DNA of 64,000 bases, taken from NCBI RefSeq assembly GCF_035084215.1, contig NC_090359.1:14322001-14386000 (forward strand), written 5' to 3'. Source of the DNA: Heptranchias perlo. Lineage: Eukaryota. Positions 55,600 to 64,000 of this stretch are shown here, one piece after another. The first letter of the stretch is position 1; each line of letters begins with the position of its first letter. The notes below the pieces were generated by a model that was not told where the DNA came from, made no database searches, and saw only the letters and a program-made list of their open reading frames with translations. The translations under genes were made by a program, and so were the position numbers.

Positions 55600-57447
55600 C
55601 AGGCCAATCCGCTACCACCCACTTTGTGCTGCGGCCCAAGACCATTCTTATTCCCGTTGAATTGAACGGCAGGGAATTTCCCGCGGTTTGTATAAACAGC
55701 GGGCGGTCCGCCCACCAAATGACCTCCAGGCGGTGAAGACATATGTCGACCCCTCCTCATCTCGGGGACAGATTTGGAACTGGTGCTCGGGCATGAAACT
55801 GCCATTGGCTCTGTGGGACTGGATAGACCCAGACCGACTGGAAGTGGACGGGGATATGTTTCTGGCAGACAGCATGTCAGAGTCCACGAGGAAAGGCATC
55901 ATCACCCTCATCTCCAAGTGAAGCTTTGTTACACCGCCTCTCAGGCAAGTTTATCCTTGCTTAGATAAGGAGACCAAAACTGTACACAGTACTCCAGGTG
56001 TGGTCTCACCAAAGCCCCGTACAATTGCAACAAGACTTCCTTACTCTTGTATTCGAACCCCTTGCAATAAAGCCAACATTCCATTTGCCTTCCGAATTGC
56101 TTGCTGTACCTACATGTTAACTTTCTGTCTTTCTTGAAACAGGACACCCAAGTCTTTCTGAACACGAATATTGAATAGTTGCTCACCATTTAAAAATATT
56201 CTGTTTTTCGACTATTCCGACCAAAGTGAATAACCTCACATTTCCCTACATTATACTCCATCTTCCACCTTCTTGCCCGCTCACGTAACCTGTCCATATC
56301 CCTTTGCAGACACTTTGTGTCCTCCTCACAGCTTACTTTCCCACGTGGCTTTGTATGGTCAGATATCTTGGATACATTACTCTGATGTACATTGTAAATA
56401 GCTGAGGCCCAGTAAAGGCCGGTATCGCTCGCTGATCAGTCAAGGGTAAAATCCCTGCGACGACATTGGTCCCAACCCCGATGAAGTTCAACCCGTCCAT
56501 CTTGTACAGGTCTTTAGTATCAATCAAAGTGCACAATGACGCCCCGGGAAAGCGAGTATCTCCCCACAGATACTGCCTGACCTGCTGAGTGTTGCCAGCA
56601 GTTTCTGGGTTTATTTTTGAGCTTTCACTGGAGCAGTTTTCCTGACAACCTGCAACTTGCCTCAAGGGCGCAGCTTCAAGAACAACTTTCATGTGCTCTT
56701 CTCACACACAAGATCGCACTTTACTTTCCGACACACGCGCTTTAAAATCTGCCGTTTCCACACACAGCGTCCTGCGCCACGAGAATTTGAAAGACCTTTC
56801 GCTCATGGCCTGTAATCGCTCCTTTTTCCCCACAGGCGCTCTTTACATTTATCCTCTACTCGATTCAATCGCATGTTTCAACAGAACTATTAAGATCAAG
56901 GCGGAACACTTCCGATCTTACTGCACCGCCCCAACTTGCCAAATGTGCACCTTTCAACCGCCATTCGCAGCTCTGTAGCGCTGCCCGTCGCTCACGCACC
57001 TCAACTGCTGAGAGAAAAGAGCCAACAAGCATCAAAACAAAAACCAATTCTTCAGTTACCATCCCCTGGATCACAAGAATCCACAAGTAAATTTCGTGAA
57101 CATTCGGGCGGCTGTCTTTCCAGAGACCAGCCCTGCTTTCGTCGTGTTTGTCTGTCGAGCGGTCACGCAGATCGAAATGTATCGACTGGTTTCAAGGGAC
57201 AAATGAACATTGGTGTGAATGGGACATGTGCCCAATAGAAACAGCGGTCGGAGCAGAACAAACTTGAAGGCGTGAGATCGTGAAAGTGAATGTTAGAGTC
57301 GGCAATGGAGCAGGAAAGTGTCCATGAAATAGAAGGAGGAAAGGAAAGGCGGCCTCTTGATTGTGGAAGGAAGAAAAAGCTGGGAGAAGAGGCGGGTTTG
57401 AACTGTGGAACATCAAGAACAGGCATGTGAGAGTGCTGGGATTTGAT
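55600..57447 (-). repeat. Inverted segmental duplicate of ~12975-14810
   Basis: Paired ORFs 13335..13556(+)/56865..57086(-) and 14489..14722(-)/55688..55921(+). Confidence 0.95.
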
Positions 57448-57459
57448 GGAATAAATAGG

Positions 57460-57690
57460 TTGGAGATTTGGAGGGGGTCGGCCGATCGCCTGTGTGGGAT
57501 CACGGCAGGTTGGCTTGTTGGGCCTGGGGGAAGCACTCCTGCTCCTCCGGGCCCACAAGCTGTGCTATAAAGGCATTTACCTGCTGTTTCGGGCCTTCTC
57601 GTCTCCTCTCATGTGGTGTGAAGGAGAAGGCCCAGGAATCCCAGCCCCCAGGAGTTAAAAATAAAAAAGCTGTGAAAATGGAGGCCCGCA
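57460..57690 (+). repeat. Interspersed repeat shared with 7362-7590
   Basis: GGAGATTTGGAGGGGGTCGGCCGATCGCC...AAAATGGAGGCCCGCA is near-identical in both places. Confidence 0.8.
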
Positions 57691-57867
57691 GCCTCCTTCA
57701 AAGCTTTCACTGACCGACCCGCCTCCGTTAAAACCAGGAGTGGGCGGGTTGGGGTCAGGGTTTAGTTATTTTTTCTAATTTTACCTTCCCAGCCCACCCA
57801 TTCGTGGGGTTAAAATTTCAGCCCTTTACTCTGTTTCTTTCTCCACAGATGCTGCCTGATTTGCTGA

Positions 57868-58393
57868 AGGATATACTTGCCATAGAGGGAGTGTAACGAA
57901 GGTTCACCAGACTGATTCCTGGGATGGCGGGATTGTCCTATGAGGAGAGATTGAGTAGACTGGACCTGTATTCTCCAGAGTTTCGAAGAATGAGAGGTGA
58001 TCTCATTGAAACATACAAAATTCTTACAGGGCTCGACAGGGTAGATGCAGGGAGGATGTTTCCCCTGGCTGGGGAGTCAAGAACCAGGGGTCACAGTCTC
58101 AGAATAAGGGGTCGGCCGTTTAGACTGAGATGAGGAGAAATTTCTTCACTCAGAGGGTGGTGAATCTTTGGAATTCTCTCCCCCAGAGGGCTGTGGACGC
58201 TCCGTCATTGAGTACAATCAAAACATAGATCGATAGATTTCTAGATATTAACGACATCACGGGATATGGGGATAGTGCAGGAAAATGGTGTTGAGGTAGA
58301 AGATCAGCCATGATCTTGTTGAATGGCGGAGCAGGTTCGAGGGGCCGGATGGCCCACTCCTGCTCCTATTTCTTTTGTCATGTTTTTATGTTC
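57868..58393 (+). mobile_element. 5'-truncated CR1 inserted in a Penelope-type arm, 7-bp TSD TTGCTGA
   Basis: MAGLSYEERLSRLDLYSPEFRRMRGDLIETYKIL; TSD at 57861-57867 and 58394-58400. Confidence 0.85.
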
Positions 58394-58585
58394 TTGCTGA
58401 GTATTTCCAGCATTTTCTGGTTTTATTATAAAATAAAAAATAAGACGTGTTTCTCCGCCCCAGGGGCAAAGGTATATCAAACATTGTAATGGCTGTTATT
58501 GAAAAAAGTATTCCCCGTGACTATTTATGTGGATTTGTTTGTTTGTCAAGTCTGGACACCAAAACCCGAAAAATAATGAAGTTGA

Positions 58586-58659
58586 TGACCCGTTTGAGGA
58601 TCGAAGCTGCAACGTTGATATCATTCACACCACGATCAAACCAACTGAGCCAACCAGCC
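58586..58659 (-). pseudogene. tRNA-Ile(AAT) pseudogene
   Basis: Minus strand GGCTGGTTGGCTCAGTTGGTTTGATCGTGGTGTGAATGATATCAACGTTGCAGCTTCGATCCTCAAACGGGTCA. Confidence 0.75.
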
Positions 58660-58667
58660 AGTGAGTC

Positions 58668-58698
58668 TATGGGCATGGGTTCGAGCCCTGCGTTGGAC
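58668..58698 (+). pseudogene. 3' fragment resembling tRNA-Lys(CTT)
   Basis: GGGCATGGGTTCGAGCCCTGCGTTGG vs canonical GGTCGTGGGTTCGAGCCCCACGTTGG. Confidence 0.45.
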
Positions 58699-59162
58699 TC
58701 TTTTCTATCTCTCTATTTCTTTCCTTTCTCGGACTCTGTTTTCCGGGTCTGTTTACTGACACACATTACAATCTGTGTCACTCGGTGTCGAACAATGTGA
58801 GGCAATGTGTTTTATTCCCGCTGTGTTATCTCTCTGGCGGTTTGCTGATAAATGTTTAACTCGCGGCCTGTTCCCGTTAATGGTCACAAGCAGTAACAGA
58901 CAGACACAGCGTGTCTGACCGCCCTGAGATGTGGAAAAGGCATCAGTTTAGGACAAATGCATCAAATCAAATGTTCATCGGGCACCGAGAGAGACAAAAA
59001 CCAGAGAGAAAGGCAGAAGGAAATAGAGAAATAAAAGCTAAATACAGACATCCTTGATGTCTCTCTATTCCATCCCCAACCGTTCAGTGTCGGGTAAAAG
59101 TGTCAGTGCAAATAAATGTTCGAGAAGCGGCCCAAAGAAGAAGAAACAAAATAACCCAAAAC

Positions 59163-59236
59163 TGCCAAGACCGAGGATCGAACCAGGGATCTGTAAGATC
59201 TTCAGTCTAATGCTTTACCAACTGAGCGATTTCAGC
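59163..59236 (-). pseudogene. tRNA-Phe(GAA) pseudogene
   Basis: Minus strand GCTGAAATCGCTCAGTTGGTAAAGCATTAGACTGAAGATCTTACAGATCCCTGGTTCGATCCTCGGTCTTGGCA. Confidence 0.85.
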
Positions 59237-60257
59237 TCCATATTAAACTGACATTTTGGGTCATTCTCTTGTAATAAAATCTAACCCCGGGTGGAATTGC
59301 CCCTCCCGCTCATTCCTCACTTCGGGAGAATGAGACCGACCATCAAGGAGAGATTTTCTGATACTGTCGTTGAATCTCATTTGTATTAAACATTCCTTGA
59401 ACTCTCTGCCGGGGGGATTCAGAGCTGGGGTTCGCCATGAACCAGCTTCCCCTCAATTCCCAGCTTTATCAGTGAATCGAACAACAAACGCTCGACAGAG
59501 CTCAGGTTATATTAATAATAAAAACAGAAAATGCGGGAAACACTCAGCAGGTCAGGCAGCATCTGTGGAGAGAGAAACATCCTTTCAGGTCGATGACCTT
59601 TCATCAGAGCTCTCTCTTTCATCAGGCCAATCCGCTACCACCCACTTTGTGCTACGGCCCAAGACCATTTTGATTCCCGTTGAATTGAACGGCAGGGAAT
59701 TTCCCGCGGTTTGTATAAACAGCGGGCGGTCCGCCCACCAAATGACCTCCAGGTGGTGAAGACATATGTCGACCCCTCCTCGTCACCGGGGCAGATTTGG
59801 GACTGGTGCTCGGGCATGAAACTGCCGTTGGCTCTGTGGGACTGGATAGACCCAGACCGACTGGAAGTGTACGGGGATATGTTTCTGGCAGACAGCATGT
59901 CAGAGTCCACGAGGAAAGGCATCATCACCCTCATTTCCAAGTGAAGCTTTGTTACACCGCCTCTCAGGCAAGTTTATCCTTGCTTAGATAAGGAGACCAA
60001 AACTGTACACAGTACTCCAGGTGTGGTCTCACCAAAGCCCCGTACAATTGCAACAGGACTTCCTTACTCTTGTATTCCAACCCTTTGCAATAAAGGCCAA
60101 CATTCCATTTGCCTTCCTAATTGCTTGCTGTATCAACATGTTAACTTTCTGTGTTTCTTGTACCAGGACACCCAAGTCTCTGAACACGAATGTTTAATAG
60201 TTGCTCACCATTTAAAAATATTCTGTTTTTCTATTATTCCGACCAAAGTGAATAACC

Positions 60258-60709
60258 GTAAACGTGACTCCAGGATGGTTTGTTGCCTCCCTGGTGCCAG
60301 GGTCATGGATGTCACTGAGCGGCTTCAGGGCATTCTCAAGGGGGAGGGGGAGCAGGCAGAGGTCGTGGTCCACATTGGGACCAACGACATAGGTAGGAAG
60401 GGAGATGAGGTCCTGCATCAAGAATTTAGGGAGCTAGGTAGCAGATTAAAGAGCAGGACCTCAAAGGTTGTAATCTCTGGATTACTCCCAGTGCCACGGG
60501 CTAGTGAGTATAGGAATAGGAGGATAGAACAGATGAATGCGTGGCTAAAGAGTTGGTGCAGGAGGGAGGGTTTCAGTTTCCTGGATCACTGGGCCTGCTT
60601 CTGGGGAAGGTGGGACTTGTACAAGTCGGACGGGTTGCATCTGAACCAGAGCGGGACAAATATCCTTGCGGGGAGGTTTGCTAGCACTGTTGGGGGGGGT
60701 TTAAACTAA
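60258..60709 (+). CDS. CR1 ORF1 C-terminal SGNH esterase-like domain (5'-partial)
   Basis: CLPGA, VVHIGTND, DGLHL motifs. Confidence 0.85.
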
Positions 60710-60756
60710 CTTGGCAGGGGGATGGGATACAGAGTGGAGCTACAATAGGGGGTGAT

Positions 60757-63627
60757 GTGCAGCCAAATATAGAGAAAAAAACAAGTCAGCTTGGAAGACA
60801 GGGCAAATATGTGAGGGCAAGGCTGGATGGCATCTATTTTAATGCAAGGAGTCTTGCGAATAAGGTGGATGAACTGAAGGTGTTGATAAACACATGGGAG
60901 TATGATATTGTTGCTGTCACAGAGACATGGTTGAGGGAGGGGCAAGACTGGCAGCTCAATATTCTGGGGTACAGAATCTTCAGGCGAGACAGAGGGGGAG
61001 GTATAAGAGGAGGGGGGGTCGCAATATTAATTAAAGAATCAATTACTGCCATAAGGAGGGATGATATATTAGCAGGTTCCTCAAATGAGGCCATATGGGT
61101 GGAGCTTAAAAACAAAAAGGGGGCAAGCACTTTGATGGGAGTGTACTATAGGCCCCCAAACAGTCAGGGGGAGATAGAGGAACAGATATGTCGGCAAATC
61201 TCAGAAAATTGTGCAAATAATAGGGTAATAATAGTGGGGGATTTCAACTTCCCCAATATTAACTGGGATACTCAGAGTGTAAAAGGCTTAGAGGATACAA
61301 AATTCTTAACGTGCATCCAGGAGAGCTTTTTGAGCCAGCATGTAGAAAGTCCTACAAGAGAGGGGGCGGTACTGGACCTAATTCTAGGGAATGTGGCCGG
61401 CCAAGTGGAAGAAGTGCTAGTAGGTGAGCACTTTGGTGACAGTGACCATAATTTGGTGAGATTTAAGGTGGTCATGGAAAAGGACAGGGAGGGGCCGGAA
61501 ATAAAGGTTCTAAATTGGGGGAAGGCCGATTTTAATAGGATAAGGCAGGATCTGGCCAAAATGGACTGGGATCAGCTGCTTGTAGGAAAATCCGCATCGG
61601 AGCAATGGGAGTCTTTCAGAAGGGAGATTGAGACCATACAATGGCAACATGTTCCCGTAAAGGTCAAGGGTGGTTCCAAGAACTCCAGGGAACCTTGGAT
61701 GTCAGGGGATATACGAGAATGGATTAGGAAAAAAAGGAGGGCTTTTGGCAGATACAAAAGGCTAAAGACGGAGGAAGCCCGAGAGGAGTACAAAAAGTGC
61801 AGGGGGATACTTAAAAAAGAAATTAGGAGATCAAGGAGGGGCCATGAAATAACACTGGCGAGCAAAATAAAGGAAAATCCTAAGATGTTTTATAAGTATA
61901 TTAAGGGTAAGAGGATGACTAGGGAAAAAATAGGGCCCATTAGGGACAAAAATGGCAATCTGTGTGTGGAGCCGGCAGATGTAGGAGGGGTTCTAAATGA
62001 ATTTTTTGCATCTGTTTTCACTATGGAGAAGGACGATGTAGACATAGAAATACGGCAGGGGGACTGTGATATACTCGAACATATTAACATCGAGCGGGAG
62101 GAGGTATTGGCGGTTTTAGCAGGCCTAAAAATGGATAAATCCCCAGGCCCGGACGAAATGTATCCCAGGCTACTGTGTGAGGCAAAGGAGGAGATTGCGG
62201 GGGCTCTGACACATATATTCAGAACCTCTCTGGCCACAGGGGATGTGCCAGAGGACTGGAGAACCGCTAATGTAATAGCATTATTCAAGAAGGGGAGTAG
62301 GGAAAAACCGGGGAACTACAGGCCAGTGAGCCTAACATCAGTGGTAGGAAAATTATTGGAAAAAATTCTGAAGGACAAAATTAGTCTCCACTTGGAGAAG
62401 CAAGGATTAATCAGGGATAGTCAACATGGCTTTGTCAAGGGAAGATCATGTCTGACTAATTTGATTGAATTTTTTGAGGGGGTGACTAGGCGTGTGGATG
62501 AGGGTAACGCAGTGGATGTGGTATACATGGATTTCAGTAAGGCCTTCGATAAAGTCCCGCACAGGAGACTGGTCAAGAAGGTACGAGCCCATGGAATCCA
62601 GGGTGCCTTGGCACTTTGGATACAAAACTGGCTTAGTGGCAGAAGGCAGAGGGTGATGGTCGAAGGTTGTTTTTGTGACTGGAAGCCTGTGGCCAGTGGG
62701 GTACCACAGGGATCGGTGCTGGGTCCCTTGCTGTTTGTGGTCTACATTAATGACTTGGATATGAATGTAAAAGGTATGATCAGTAAGTTCGCTGATGATA
62801 CAAAAATTGGTAGGGTGGTAAATAGCGAGGAGGATAGCCTCAGTCTGCAGGACGATAGAGATGGGTTGGTCAGATGGGCGGAACAGTGGCAAATGGAATT
62901 TAACCCGGAAAAGTGCGAGGTGATGCACTTTGGAGGGACTAACAAGGCAAGGGAATACACAATGAATGGGAGGACCCTAGGCAAGACAGAGGGTCAGAGG
63001 GATCTTGGTGTGCAAGTTCACAGATCCCTGAAGGCGGCGGAACAGGTAGATAAGGTGGTAAAGAAGGCATATGGGATACTTGCCTTTATTAGCCGAGGCA
63101 TAGAATATAAGAGCAAGGAGGTTATGATGGAGCTGTATAAAACACTGGTTAGGCCACAGCTGGAGTACTGTGTGCAGTTCTGGTCGCCGCACTACAGGAA
63201 GGATGTGATCGCTTTGGAGAGGGTGCAGAGGAGATTCACCAGGATGTTACCAGGGCTGGAGCGCTTCAGCTATGAAGAGAGACTGGGAAGATTGGGTTTG
63301 TTTTCCTTGGAGCAGAGGAGGCTGAGGGGGGACATGATTGAGGTGTACAAAATTATGAGGGGCACAGATAGGATGGATACTAAGGACCTTTTTCCCTTCG
63401 TTGAGGGTACTATAACAAGGGGACATAGATTCAAGGTAAAAGGCGGGAGGTTTAGAGGGGATTTGAGAAAGAACTTTTTCACCCAGAGGGTGGTTGGAGT
63501 CTGGAACTCACTGCCTGAAAGGGTTGTGGAGGCAGGAACCCTCACAACATTCAAGAAGCATTTGGATGAGCACTTGAAATGCCATAGCATACAAGGCTAC
63601 GGACCAAATGCTGGAATATGGGATTAG
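60757..63627 (+). CDS. CR1 ORF2: APE endonuclease plus reverse transcriptase (956 aa, uninterrupted)
   Basis: YFNARSL, VTETWL, GDFN, SDH; NYRPVSLTS, DFSKAFD, GVPQGSVLGP, FADD. The true start codon is uncertain. Confidence 0.96.
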   Translation: MQPNIEKKTSQLGRQGKYVRARLDGIYFNARSLANKVDELKVLINTWEYDIVAVTETWLREGQDWQLNILGYRIFRRDRGGGIRGGGVAILIKESITAIRRDDILAGSSNEAIWVELKNKKGASTLMGVYYRPPNSQGEIEEQICRQISENCANNRVIIVGDFNFPNINWDTQSVKGLEDTKFLTCIQESFLSQHVESPTREGAVLDLILGNVAGQVEEVLVGEHFGDSDHNLVRFKVVMEKDREGPEIKVLNWGKADFNRIRQDLAKMDWDQLLVGKSASEQWESFRREIETIQWQHVPVKVKGGSKNSREPWMSGDIREWIRKKRRAFGRYKRLKTEEAREEYKKCRGILKKEIRRSRRGHEITLASKIKENPKMFYKYIKGKRMTREKIGPIRDKNGNLCVEPADVGGVLNEFFASVFTMEKDDVDIEIRQGDCDILEHINIEREEVLAVLAGLKMDKSPGPDEMYPRLLCEAKEEIAGALTHIFRTSLATGDVPEDWRTANVIALFKKGSREKPGNYRPVSLTSVVGKLLEKILKDKISLHLEKQGLIRDSQHGFVKGRSCLTNLIEFFEGVTRRVDEGNAVDVVYMDFSKAFDKVPHRRLVKKVRAHGIQGALALWIQNWLSGRRQRVMVEGCFCDWKPVASGVPQGSVLGPLLFVVYINDLDMNVKGMISKFADDTKIGRVVNSEEDSLSLQDDRDGLVRWAEQWQMEFNPEKCEVMHFGGTNKAREYTMNGRTLGKTEGQRDLGVQVHRSLKAAEQVDKVVKKAYGILAFISRGIEYKSKEVMMELYKTLVRPQLEYCVQFWSPHYRKDVIALERVQRRFTRMLPGLERFSYEERLGRLGLFSLEQRRLRGDMIEVYKIMRGTDRMDTKDLFPFVEGTITRGHRFKVKGGRFRGDLRKNFFTQRVVGVWNSLPERVVEAGTLTTFKKHLDEHLKCHSIQGYGPNAGIWD

Positions 63628-64000
63628 AGTAGACAGGGCTGATGGCCGGCGCGGACACGATGGGCCGAAGGGCCTCTATCCGTGCTGTATAACTCTATGA
63701 CTCTATGACTAACCTCACATTTCCCCACATTATACTCCATCTTCCACCTTCCACCTTCCAGTCCACTCACGTAACCTGTCAATATCCCTTTGCAGACACT
63801 TTGAGTCCTCCTCACAGCTCACTTTCCCACGTGGCTTTGTATGGTCAGATATCTTGGATACTTTACACTGATGTAGATTGTAAATAGCTGAGGCCCAGTA
63901 AAGGCCGGTATCGCTCGCTGATAAGTCAAGAGTAAAATCCCTGCGAGGACATTGGTCCCAGCCCCGATGAGGTGCAACCCGTCCATCTTGTACAGGTCTT

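Larger units (their letters stand above)
60258..63709 (+). mobile_element. Young CR1 LINE, 5'-truncated within ORF1
   Basis: TSD TAACC (60253-60257 and 63710-63714); 3' (CTCTATGA)2 octamer tail; the empty site is visible in the paralog at 56221-56245. Confidence 0.97.
58697..64000 (+). repeat. Direct duplicate of ~54675-56515 (offset ~4.0 kb), split by the young CR1
   Basis: 58697-60257 matches 54675-56235, and 63710-64000 continues the match to 56231-56515. Confidence 0.92.

Overview
Eukaryotic genomic DNA, almost certainly from a cartilaginous fish (shark): it carries SacSINE1/DeuSINE-like SINEs, CR1, L2 and Tx1 LINEs and Penelope-type palindromes. The two ends of the window (~1-16.3 kb and ~50.6-64 kb) are related, repeat-rich tRNA-gene array segments in opposite orientation. 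They hold about 19 tRNA loci (Phe, Glu, Val, Asp, Ser, Leu, His, Ile, Lys), most of them decayed. Between them is a ~34 kb minus-strand block ordered ZP3 - ferritin - ferritin - ferritin - ZP3. The three 4-exon ferritin heavy/middle-type genes are intact, but each has a degenerate 5' iron-responsive element. The two 9-exon ZP3 copies are each disabled by different lesions. One Tx1-clade LINE family (about 9 copies or derivatives) occurs only in this block, mostly just upstream of these genes and at several block breakpoints; one copy sits inside the ZP3 TATA box. A young CR1 with an intact 956-aa ORF2 and a 5-bp target-site duplication (TSD) ends the window. Coordinates were read by eye, repeat boundaries are approximate, and no database search was run.
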